A stretch of DNA of 64,000 bases from Myxococcota bacterium. GTDB taxonomy: Bacteria > Myxococcota_A > Polyangia > Polyangiales > Houyiibacteriaceae. Within the stretch, counting starts at the first letter, position 1. Every line of letters starts with the position of its first letter. Both the position numbers and the translations under genes were made by a program. The notes beneath the pieces are model-generated. The model had not been told where the DNA came from and did no database searches. It saw only the letters and a program-made list of their open reading frames with translations. The stretch is from positions 32,001-96,000 of the forward strand of contig JBCCEA010000008.1 of assembly GCA_039030515.1 (NCBI GenBank), read 5' to 3'. This document shows, in pieces, positions 9,680 through 18,793 of this stretch.

Positions 9680-10406
9680 CGGATCCGAGCTCTTCATCGA
9701 CCAGTCCCAAAGCGCGCAAACGATCCGCCAGCAGATCAGTTGAGGCCACGGCCACCCTCGTGAGCCCTTCTTCACCGAGCTCAGCCAGCCGTCGAGGCAA
9801 AACCGCATCGCCCGCAATGGGGCGAACGTGCTGTCCCATCGAAGCAGACCCTCCGGTCGAAAGGAGCGAGCCGGAGCTACCCACGAGGACCGCATCTTGA
9901 AAACGGCAAAGCGACTCGAAATCTTCTTCCGTCGATGCAGTGACCACGACAACCCTGGGGCGACCCTTTTCCACCCGGGTAAAGAATCCTGCGTTGAGCT
10001 TCCGTGCATCCTCTTCGCAAACACCTGCTACCACTTCGATGGCCGCTTCCCGCAGCCGCAAGATCCCCTTGCCGTTCACCCTCGGATCCGGGTCGGATAC
10101 CGCCACAACCACCGCCGAAACCTTCGCATCGACCAGGGCATCTGTGCATGGAGGGGTTCGCCCCCAGTGACTACAGGGCTCGAGCGTGACGTACACGGTC
10201 GCACCCGCAGCCGCCTGACCGGCTTGCCGAAGAGCAGATACCTCCGCGTGGGGGCGCCCTCCCCGCCCGGTCGCTCCAGAGCCTACGATCTCAGAGTCTT
10301 GGACGACCACACATCCGACCGACGGGTTGGGCCAGACGGATCCTAGGCCGGGTCTTGCAAGGTCCAGCGCTTGACGCATCCATACCGTATCTTTGGACTC
10401 GGGCAT
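9672..10406 (-). CDS. ribD: riboflavin biosynthesis RibD: intact deaminase, degenerate reductase domain
   Basis: PNPSVGCV, HAE, TLEPCSHWGRTPPC, DPDPRV. Only ~244 aa. Confidence 0.88.
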   Translation of the reverse strand: MPESKDTVWMRQALDLARPGLGSVWPNPSVGCVVVQDSEIVGSGATGRGGRPHAEVSALRQAGQAAAGATVYVTLEPCSHWGRTPPCTDALVDAKVSAVVVAVSDPDPRVNGKGILRLREAAIEVVAGVCEEDARKLNAGFFTRVEKGRPRVVVVTASTEEDFESLCRFQDAVLVGSSGSLLSTGGSASMGQHVRPIAGDAVLPRRLAELGEEGLTRVAVASTDLLADRLRALGLVDEELGSDV

Positions 10407-10457
10407 AAGATCGAGTACTCCGCGACCAGGGAGTCGAACCACCGGGAGCTCCGACTT

Positions 10458-11336
10458 CTAAGGTTCTCCGGGATCTTCAGCGCACCTACCGTGATCCGGC
10501 GCTTCAGGCAGCGTTTCCTGTAGATCGATCCGGATCCGTTCCCGAGCCACAAACGCCCCATCCCACAGGTCGCCCGCATCTCGCTCGACGGACGCCATAA
10601 AGGCATCGTCGTGTTGCGGATCGTGATGAAAAATAGCCAATCGCTTCACGGACGCTTCCTGGCAAAGCCGTACGCCCTCTTGCCAAGTCGAGTGCCCCCA
10701 TCCGATATGCTCGACGAATTCTTCATCGGTATACGTGGAGTCGTAGATCACAAGGTCTGCCCCATCGATCAGTTGCAGTATGTTCTGGTCGCGGGTTCCG
10801 GGAACGTGCTCGGTGTCTGTGACGTAGCAAACCGACCGCCCCTCGTGCTCAATGCGGTAGCCGGTAGCGCCGTTGGGATGGTTGAGCGGTGTGGTACGTA
10901 CGTGAACCCGATCGTCGAGCGAAAACGAGTCACCGGCGCGAAAATCATCGAAGGCAATCTCGGCGTGCAACTCGTCTAAGGGCACAGGGAAGACTGGATG
11001 AGCCATTTGCCCGGCGAGAGTGCGCCGAACTCCTCCTTCAGGCAGATGCCCCGCCATCACCCGAAATGCGTATTCTTTACGATACAAGGAGCGAAAGAAG
11101 GGGAATCCATTGATGTGGTCCCAGTGGGTGTGGGTGAGCAGTAGCGTCGCCGAATTGGACTCGGAGGCCTCAAAAGAATCGCTTAACTCCCGGATTCCGG
11201 TACCTGCATCCAAAACCAGGTACTGATCGCCCGCGCGTACCTCGATGCAGCTGGTGTTGCCACCGAACTTCATGTGCGAGGGCGAGGGGCAGGCGATACT
11301 GCCTCGAACCCCCCAGAATTTGATCCAGAACGTCAT
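10458..11336 (-). CDS. MBL-fold metallo-hydrolase (RNase Z/PhnP/phosphodiesterase-like)
   Basis: WGVRGS, GGNTSC, LDAGTG, THTHWDH, TDTEH, GWGHS, FHHDP. Confidence 0.88.
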   Translation of the reverse strand: MTFWIKFWGVRGSIACPSPSHMKFGGNTSCIEVRAGDQYLVLDAGTGIRELSDSFEASESNSATLLLTHTHWDHINGFPFFRSLYRKEYAFRVMAGHLPEGGVRRTLAGQMAHPVFPVPLDELHAEIAFDDFRAGDSFSLDDRVHVRTTPLNHPNGATGYRIEHEGRSVCYVTDTEHVPGTRDQNILQLIDGADLVIYDSTYTDEEFVEHIGWGHSTWQEGVRLCQEASVKRLAIFHHDPQHDDAFMASVERDAGDLWDGAFVARERIRIDLQETLPEAPDHGRCAEDPGEP

Positions 11337-11443
11337 AGCTCCTCAAAGACTCTGACCCCGAAGCCAACCTCAGTCCATGAGTCACTTCAACTGGAGGGTG
11401 CACTTCAACCAACTGCGGTTCACGGCATACGCGTTTGTACTCG

Positions 11444-11869
11444 TTAAGAGACTAACGCTGCCCGCAATCGATCCGCTAGTTCTTCTGCGCGAGACACGTC
11501 GAGAGGGCTCGCTGGCCAACCCACGCGAAGACCTTCTTGCTCGCTGGGTTTGGGAATGATGTGCACGTGAACATGGAACACCGATTGGTGTGCTGAAGCA
11601 CCGTTATTTTGTAGGATGTTGTAGGACTGGCATCCGGAGACCTTCTGAACCGCTCGGCAAAGTCTCGGTAACACTCTGCCGAGCGCCGCAGCAGAGTCGT
11701 CTGAGAGTTCATCTAGGGTGACTGCTGGTTCCTTGGGAACCACCAGGGTGTGCCCGAAGCTCAGCGGATGTGCATCGAGAAACGCGAGCACGAAGTCGTC
11801 TTCGTAGACGCGGTGGCATGGAATTTCGCCCCGGATGATCCTTGCAAATACCGTCTCGGTTCTGTCCAT
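11444..11869 (-). CDS. HIT family nucleotide hydrolase
   Basis: IIRGEIP, AFLD, GHTLVVPK, histidine triad HVHVHII. Confidence 0.92.
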   Translation of the reverse strand: MDRTETVFARIIRGEIPCHRVYEDDFVLAFLDAHPLSFGHTLVVPKEPAVTLDELSDDSAAALGRVLPRLCRAVQKVSGCQSYNILQNNGASAHQSVFHVHVHIIPKPSEQEGLRVGWPASPLDVSRAEELADRLRAALVS

Positions 11870-11950
11870 GCGCAGAGCATGACTCGGAATCTGCTCGGAT
11901 TCCAATGTCCTCGGATTCTAACGTGGTAACGTACGTCAGGCGGCTACCCG

Positions 11951-12006
11951 ACCGAGCCCAGTCGACCGAGCCCAATCCACCGAGCCCAGTCGACCGAGCC
12001 CTGCCC
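11951..12006. repeat. 14-bp tandem repeat x4 (ACCGAGCCCAGTCG)
   Basis: accgagcccagtcg accgagcccaatcc accgagcccagtcg accgagccctgccc, directly after the radical SAM stop. Confidence 0.85.
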
Positions 12007-13871
12007 TACGGTGTTTCTTCTCGAAAGTCCGCCGTGCCGAGCTCGCCAGCGCCGCGGACCGTTCGAAGCTCACCCGTGCCATAAAGCTCGGCATATCCTC
12101 GCCGAAGCCCGAAACAGCGCCCGCGAAGCGTGCATGCCTCACAAGCTTCCGCCCACACCGTCTCTCCCCCGACGTACCCATCGGGAGCTTCACTCATATG
12201 CATCCAGGGATTGAGCTCCTCCGGTACCAAGCAGAGAGGCAAACCGCACATCGACTCAAAACCGTTCAGCCGTATTCCACGTCGTTTGGCTTCCGCCATG
12301 CCGGCGGACAAATGAGGCAAGACCTCGGTGTAGCGGGGAATGAGCTGCTTGGTTCTGGGCACCAGGTCTGTCGACGGAGCCACAAAGGAAACCGAGACTT
12401 CTGCTTCGGGAAAGCGCTCGGCCACGAAGACGACGAACGCTTTGAAGTACCTCAGATTGGCCTGGTGGAACACCCAGTTTACGCGAACGGGAACGCCCGC
12501 CCGCTGAAGCGCTTCGATACCCCTCACCGTTTTGTCAAACGTTCCTGGAGCACCGGTGATCGAATCGGACAGTGCCGCATGTTCGGCGTGCAGCGAGACA
12601 AACGCGAGGTCCAAATCTCGATCCTTCAGGCCCTTGGCCAACGGCTCATCGATACGCGTCGCATTGGTTTGGAGCTCGACCGCACTGGCCCCTTCACGCT
12701 TTGCGAGCTCCAGGAAATCGAGCAGTCGAGGATGGAGGGTAGGCTCTCCTCCGGAAAGAGCGATCTCGGCATTTCTGCGCGCGGCATCGACGATAGCCGC
12801 CTCGACCATCGCGTCGTCTGCGTCAGGGAGATGGGTGGATACAAAGCAAAAAGCGCAAGACTGATTGCATCGAAAGCCGATCCGCACCGAGCGACACACG
12901 ACCATGCCCCCAGCTAGGTCGCGCTTGATCTCATCCTGGTAGAGCTCCCGTTCGATCTGCTCCTTCACTGTTGAAAGTAAACTCAGGCGCCGGCGTACTC
13001 GGTCGTCGCGAATCGGACGCAAGGGATGATCGAGGTGCGGATTCGGCAGTCCGGGGCAGCGGTCGACAAGGGTGCATGAGGTGCATTCGGCTTTCTGTGC
13101 GTAACCTTGGCGATCCTTACCGCCTCGCGTCAGAGCGAACAGGCGACTCAGTCGCTTGGGTTCCGGAAAGATACATGGAGGAAGCACGGTGTGTGGATCG
13201 AGCCGAAGGGAAACGCGCCATCGCTGACACTGCCTGACCAGCGCATCTAGCGTGAGCGCGGCGTCGGACAAAGAGAGCAAGGAGGCTGAGTCGGACGCTT
13301 CGAAAGGAATACCGACAACCCAGGTTTCGACAGGAAGGCCGGAGAGCTGCTGTGGCATGTCCATCACCAAAGAGGCGTTCTTTGAAACAAGGGGCGTGCT
13401 TACTTCCAGCCGGACGCCTGCATCCGCAAGAGCATGCAGTCCGGCGAGTGCGGCGCGAAAACCTCCCGGATCGTTGGTGATCCGGTCAGCGTCCTCGCCC
13501 CAAGCGGGCAGGTGCACCCGCGCCAGCGACAGTCCTGCCTCTGCAAGCCGGCGAGCATAGTGGGCATCGATGAGGGTCGCGTTGGTCTCAAGGTGCACCG
13601 CGCGGCCTTGAGTGCTGCAGGCATATGCGACCATGTCTACCAAATCCCGTCGCAGGGTTGGTTCGCCGCCTGTCAGGACAACGCATGCATCCGCCGCGCT
13701 GTCGATACGCTCGCGAACTGCTCTAGGTCTGACGAATTCCGGCTTCTCTCGCGGAGAGCGTCGATTGCAAAAGCCACAGTTCTGATTGCAGGTTCGGTTT
13801 GTGTACACCCTAGCCTCACGGCGGCGCTGGGTATTTTGCATGCCCCATTCGGCGAGCGAAGGCTCGGTCAT
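12006..13871 (-). CDS. tandem double radical SAM protein
   Basis: Two CxxxCxxC motifs (CNQNCGFC, CNQSCAFC), each with GGEPT, E/QTNA and a trailing CxxCxxxxxC (CTSCTLVDRC, CEACTLRGRC). Confidence 0.9.
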   Translation of the reverse strand: MTEPSLAEWGMQNTQRRREARVYTNRTCNQNCGFCNRRSPREKPEFVRPRAVRERIDSAADACVVLTGGEPTLRRDLVDMVAYACSTQGRAVHLETNATLIDAHYARRLAEAGLSLARVHLPAWGEDADRITNDPGGFRAALAGLHALADAGVRLEVSTPLVSKNASLVMDMPQQLSGLPVETWVVGIPFEASDSASLLSLSDAALTLDALVRQCQRWRVSLRLDPHTVLPPCIFPEPKRLSRLFALTRGGKDRQGYAQKAECTSCTLVDRCPGLPNPHLDHPLRPIRDDRVRRRLSLLSTVKEQIERELYQDEIKRDLAGGMVVCRSVRIGFRCNQSCAFCFVSTHLPDADDAMVEAAIVDAARRNAEIALSGGEPTLHPRLLDFLELAKREGASAVELQTNATRIDEPLAKGLKDRDLDLAFVSLHAEHAALSDSITGAPGTFDKTVRGIEALQRAGVPVRVNWVFHQANLRYFKAFVVFVAERFPEAEVSVSFVAPSTDLVPRTKQLIPRYTEVLPHLSAGMAEAKRRGIRLNGFESMCGLPLCLVPEELNPWMHMSEAPDGYVGGETVWAEACEACTLRGRCFGLRRGYAELYGTGELRTVRGAGELGTADFREETP

Positions 13872-14019
13872 CGAAACAACCTTTGCAGTAGTGACCTGGC
13901 GCAAGGAACAGCCCACTGCGGTGTACAAGCTGCACGCATCGTCGTATTTGAACCTAAACGAGTAGGCCGCGTGGCGCAAACGAGCCGTTCTGCGTGCGAG
14001 AGGGCGTCGTTACCGAAGG

Positions 14020-17000
14020 TCATTCGATGTAGCCAAGCTGACGCAGTCTCTCGGCCGCATCCGCATCGAGTTCCTGCGCTTTTCGTCGCTCCACCGCACC
14101 TACGCTGGCAGCCTCCGCGGCGGTGCGCAGGGCTTCTACCATCGGCACCACCTCCTCCGGCGCGTTCAGCGCTACGTCGTGCTGCTCCGCTGCATCGAGG
14201 TCTACCCGATACAGAGCCACTGGCGGGAGCCCTCGGGGATTGCCCTCGTTGGCCAAGATGACTTTCCGCTCCTCGGTGCCAAGGCGCTCCCGCAGCGCTT
14301 CGAGCTCGTTGCCCTCGTGATGCTCCCAGGCATACACCCGATCGGTACCCTCAAAGAGATCACCGTCCGAAATCCCGGGCGGAAGCTCTAGGCCGAGCTG
14401 ACGAAGCAAGGTAGGAGCGACATCGATGCTCTGAACCCAGTGACGAACGACGGTACCGCCGCGTCGATTGCGGGGCAGCTTCACGAAGAGTGGAATATGT
14501 ATCTGCTCATCGTAGAGCGTGGTCCCGTGCCAGAATCCACCGTGATCGCCAAACTCTTCACCATGGTCTGAGGTCACTACGATCGTCATCTCATCGTAAA
14601 GCTCTCGAAGCTTGAGCTGTTCAATGAGGAGGCCAAAGTGTCGGTCCCAGAAGTTAATTTCGCCATCGTAAAGCCGACGCAGCTCGGGTGCCTCTTCTAG
14701 CGAGGGCCGTTGGTGGGCCGCCCGCGCATAGCCACTGCCCTCATAGGGGTGTACGAAGTAGGGGTCATGCGGGTCCATGTACCCAACAAATAGGAATCGA
14801 GGTCGCTGCGAGCGAGATGCATCGAGCCAGTCGAAGACGTGCCGGTTGACGGTCTCTGCATCTTGGTACGCCGTGCCTGGACGAACGTCTTCAAGCAACT
14901 GAGCGCGGACCTTCTCGATGCTTTGCCTCAGGAACTGAACCAGCAACAATTTCGCCGAAGCGTCGTCCGCACCGAGCACAAACTCCGGCTCGAGATAACG
15001 GTAGACGTCGAATCCTTGTTGAAAATTGTAATAGGGACCGACGTTGAAATTCGTGACAAATCCGGCGGTGCGATACCCCTTGGCGCGCAATACCTCTGGA
15101 AGCGTCGTCACCATGTCCGGTAGCGCATCGTCCTTGCTCATCACCCCGTGACTGCTGGGATGACGCCCGGAGAGAAGGCTGGCAAAGCTCGGCCGAGTCC
15201 AACTGGCATTCGCAAAGGCCTGATCAAATCGAATCGCGTCCTGGGCAAACGCATCGAGGGCAGGAGTGCTCCCGCGCTCGTAGCCGTACGAGGGCAGATG
15301 ATCTGCCCTCAATGTATCGACCACAATAAAGAGAATGTCCCCGGCATCCTCGGCGTGTGGAGCCGCAACAGGCAGCCCATGCTCACGTGAAACGTATGTG
15401 CCGGAAGAAGCCTGACTGCCGAACATCGAAAGCACGACCGCAAAAGAGACCAGCGTCGCCGAGAACGCAAAGGAGCCCCAAATCTTTGGAAGAGCCTGCC
15501 CGACGCGACGCTTTACCGCCCAAAGAAGCACTCTGTTCAGCAACAAAAAGAGGAGTGATGCAGCCAGAACGCATCCTGAAAGTACGGCGAGACCCAAGCC
15601 GCTTTTCCAAACGAGAGCCTCGTCGAATGCATCGCGGCGTACGCGAAACGCCCCCAGAGCGAAACCGAATACCGCGACGACAGCCGCGGTCATGCGACTG
15701 TAGGAGATCGCCGAGGATGGTGCCGCGCGACGCATCCATCGGTGGGTGAGCGCCAGCGTGAAGCCGAGTCCGCCTCCGGCAAACCCACAAAAAACGCCGT
15801 AGGCCAGAGCGCCATACCAGAGAACGCCCAGACCGGAACGACCACCGCCCGAAAAAACGACCACCGCGGCCTCCCCAAGCCCTACCAGAACTCCCGCAAG
15901 CATTCCCGCAGCGAGCCCTGTCGACAAGCCGGTAAGGGGTCTTGGCCAGAGCGCCTTGGGTACCGGGCGGCTATCCGTTTCTGCTGGGATTTCACGCTCA
16001 TGATCCTCTACGACGATCCCCGGCGCGTAGTCTCCTCGACGCAGGAGGAACACCAAACCACCAAACGCGGATACGAACATCTCGGCCGCAAAACCCACCG
16101 TCGGGATGAGTATCGCGTCTGTTAGGGCCACGCCGACCGTGGTGTAGAGCGCGACGGCCGCCGTCTCACGCAAGCCGATACCGTTGATCGAGGCTGGAAT
16201 CAGGGTGGCAAAGATTTGGAGCGAGGAGCCGAAAAACACCGTGCCGATCGAAAGCTCCACGTCCAGCGCACGCGCAGCGCAAACGTAGATCAGGTTGTTG
16301 AAGGTATGGGTCCCGATCCCGAGAGCGCCCGCCTGCGTCAAAAGCGCTCCTTTCCCGTCATAAGCCATCACGGCGTCAACCAGTGACCGAATCCGGCCGC
16401 GCACCGCCTGAGGCAGCACCCGGAGCGCACCGAGGAACAGGCGAGGTCGCGCTAGAAAAAAGAGTCCGGCGGAGATGACCACGACGAAAAAGCCGTTGAC
16501 CATGAGCAGCCCGCGCAACCCGACAAGCGAAAAGCCGAAGATCGAGGCAGCCATACAGACCGCCCCGAAAGCCAGCTGACCGAGGACCACCTCCACACCG
16601 ATCACCGCGGTAGCTCGGGCGGTCTTGCCGGTATGCTTGGCTACATCAAAGATGCGCCATCCTCCGAATCCGGTGAATCCCCCCGGAGTGAAAGCGCCCC
16701 AGAAGCGAGCGATCATGATCGAACCCGAAAGAAAACGCCACGGAGCGTGGATGCCTTGTCCTACGAGCAAGCGCTGCCAGCGAACCGCAGAACACGCGAT
16801 GGCGCAGAGCTGCATCACCACGGCCAAAACGACCCATTCCCATCGAAGCTGTTCGACGCGGGCCCATATCTCCGAGGCACCTTCCCTCAGCACGATCTTT
16901 CGATAGACCCAAGCGAGCATCCCCGCGGTAAAGGCGAGCTTCAAAAAACCAAAGGTCATCTTGCGCAACATCGACTTAGACGATGCATCATGCGGTCGAG

Positions 17001-17052
17001 ATTGAGGCTCAGGCGTCAGTTCTGTGGGTGGCGGTAGTTCGGTCGCGCTCAT
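14020..17052 (-). CDS. fusion of a lysylphosphatidylglycerol-synthase-TM/UPF0104 flippase-like domain and a sulfatase-like hydrolase/transferase
   Basis: N-terminal RWQRLL, TPGG, PASINGIGLRE; C-terminal VDTLRAD, SWTRPS, MDPHDPY, TSDHGEEF, WHG. Confidence 0.82.
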   Translation of the reverse strand: MSATELPPPTELTPEPQSRPHDASSKSMLRKMTFGFLKLAFTAGMLAWVYRKIVLREGASEIWARVEQLRWEWVVLAVVMQLCAIACSAVRWQRLLVGQGIHAPWRFLSGSIMIARFWGAFTPGGFTGFGGWRIFDVAKHTGKTARATAVIGVEVVLGQLAFGAVCMAASIFGFSLVGLRGLLMVNGFFVVVISAGLFFLARPRLFLGALRVLPQAVRGRIRSLVDAVMAYDGKGALLTQAGALGIGTHTFNNLIYVCAARALDVELSIGTVFFGSSLQIFATLIPASINGIGLRETAAVALYTTVGVALTDAILIPTVGFAAEMFVSAFGGLVFLLRRGDYAPGIVVEDHEREIPAETDSRPVPKALWPRPLTGLSTGLAAGMLAGVLVGLGEAAVVVFSGGGRSGLGVLWYGALAYGVFCGFAGGGLGFTLALTHRWMRRAAPSSAISYSRMTAAVVAVFGFALGAFRVRRDAFDEALVWKSGLGLAVLSGCVLAASLLFLLLNRVLLWAVKRRVGQALPKIWGSFAFSATLVSFAVVLSMFGSQASSGTYVSREHGLPVAAPHAEDAGDILFIVVDTLRADHLPSYGYERGSTPALDAFAQDAIRFDQAFANASWTRPSFASLLSGRHPSSHGVMSKDDALPDMVTTLPEVLRAKGYRTAGFVTNFNVGPYYNFQQGFDVYRYLEPEFVLGADDASAKLLLVQFLRQSIEKVRAQLLEDVRPGTAYQDAETVNRHVFDWLDASRSQRPRFLFVGYMDPHDPYFVHPYEGSGYARAAHQRPSLEEAPELRRLYDGEINFWDRHFGLLIEQLKLRELYDEMTIVVTSDHGEEFGDHGGFWHGTTLYDEQIHIPLFVKLPRNRRGGTVVRHWVQSIDVAPTLLRQLGLELPPGISDGDLFEGTDRVYAWEHHEGNELEALRERLGTEERKVILANEGNPRGLPPVALYRVDLDAAEQHDVALNAPEEVVPMVEALRTAAEAASVGAVERRKAQELDADAAERLRQLGYIE

Positions 17053-17246
17053 TGCACGTTTCCTGCTCTATTTGGGAGCCCCCTCTATTTATTAGAGGCC
17101 CCGTAGGAACGTTCGGTTACCTCCAAGGCGTAATCACAGCAAGTTCTCAGCCGCTCGGTCCACGGAGCACGCGATCTGGCGGCGACCGAACATTGTCCCC
17201 GAAGCCCGGAAGCCGTCACCGAATACTCCGCGATCACGCCTAGGAG

Positions 17247-18737
17247 TTGCCGTCGAAATACCGTGCTGGTACGCCTCAAACCGTGAAGCCAGACCCTACG
17301 GCCACAGGCCTAAGTCCAAACGCTTTGTTTGTAGCGACATGTGGTGCGGCAAGCATCCTCGCTGCGGTCCTATCGAGCGGATGCGAGGAATCCCGCCCTG
17401 AGGAGCCCGTCTCGAGCGAGAACCACGAGGAAACAAGCCAAAACCCGAGCGCCCTTCGAAACTCCACTAAGAGCCTCGAACACGCATCGCCGCCCGCTCG
17501 AGGCAAGGCTCCCCCGTCGCACACTACCCCCAGTGATCTGCCACGTGGACTCCTCGTCACCTACGCTCAGTTCGACTCGAACAATCGACCTCAGGCCGCT
17601 CGGCTCGAAATGATCACACGGCAGGGCGGAACATGGCAGGTGGAAGCGATCGAGGACCAGGAGAGCAATGTGTTTCACAAAGCGATGGTCCTGGGCGGCA
17701 ACTTGGCTCTCGACGACGCCCCATCCAGAAGCGGCAAACTCAATCGCCCAAAACAGCTCGATCCATCGGGGATCGTCACGCTCGGAGGTATGGGTGCAGC
17801 GGTGAAGTTGTGGCGCCGTGCTGGTGACGCATGGCAGGCCAAGACCCTTTGGAGCAAGGACTTCGGGGGACGCTTTAATCGCATGCGGGACGCAGAAATA
17901 GCGGACCTGGACGGAGACGGGCTGCTCGAGATCGCGGTGGGTACCCACGATCAAGGAGTCGTCGCGATTCTTGATCACGATGCGAAAGGCAACTGGGCGA
18001 TTCGTGAACTCGACCGCCAAGCCGATACCTTTATCCATGAGATCGAACTTGGAGATTTGGACGGCGATGGAACCCTTGAAATTTACGCGACTCCCTCAGA
18101 ACCAAACACCCTGGGCGGCGGGGAGCAGCACGGGGAGGTCGTCCGCTACAGCCCGGGTGATCGCCCTGTGCGTACGACGGTGGCCGATCTGGGGAATCGG
18201 CACGCCAAGGAAATCTGGGTTGGCGACGCGGACGGAGACGGTAGAGACGAACTCTACGTCGCGGTAGAGGCCTTGACCGCGGGGGAAGGCTCCGAAATGC
18301 GAATCGTCGAAGAGGTTGAGATTCGCCGGTACGATGCCGATACCGCCCCGACAGACCGGGTGGTGGTCGCAAGAATCCGGGACCGATTCAATCGCTTTCT
18401 CACCGTCGGTGACCCCGATGGGGACGGCACAAACGCGATGGTGGCTGCATCCTTCCGTGCGGGGCTCTGGCTCATCGAACCCGGCAGCAATCCTCGTGAG
18501 GAATGGGCCGTCAGCAGTATCGATCGCAACTCGGGGGGCTTTGAGCATGCGGCATACTTTACGGATCTCGATGGGGACGGTCGGGACGAGCTGTACGTAG
18601 GCTCTGACGCCCAAGGCGAACTGAGACGCTACGTGTGGGTAAACGGCAAAGCGCGAAGCGAGGTCATCCTGAAGTGGTCCCCACCTCGTTCCCGCATGAC
18701 TTGGAATATCACCGCAGCACCAAGATCCATGCTCTGA
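17247..18737 (+). CDS. FG-GAP/VCBS-repeat lipoprotein
   Basis: Five DxDGDG Ca-binding repeats and a lipobox LSSGC. Start uncertain. Confidence 0.8.
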   Translation: MPSKYRAGTPQTVKPDPTATGLSPNALFVATCGAASILAAVLSSGCEESRPEEPVSSENHEETSQNPSALRNSTKSLEHASPPARGKAPPSHTTPSDLPRGLLVTYAQFDSNNRPQAARLEMITRQGGTWQVEAIEDQESNVFHKAMVLGGNLALDDAPSRSGKLNRPKQLDPSGIVTLGGMGAAVKLWRRAGDAWQAKTLWSKDFGGRFNRMRDAEIADLDGDGLLEIAVGTHDQGVVAILDHDAKGNWAIRELDRQADTFIHEIELGDLDGDGTLEIYATPSEPNTLGGGEQHGEVVRYSPGDRPVRTTVADLGNRHAKEIWVGDADGDGRDELYVAVEALTAGEGSEMRIVEEVEIRRYDADTAPTDRVVVARIRDRFNRFLTVGDPDGDGTNAMVAASFRAGLWLIEPGSNPREEWAVSSIDRNSGGFEHAAYFTDLDGDGRDELYVGSDAQGELRRYVWVNGKARSEVILKWSPPRSRMTWNITAAPRSML

Positions 18738-18793
18738 GGTCTACAAGCCAGCTTTGAATGCGATGAGGCTTAGAAAAAAAGCCTGAAACCTAC

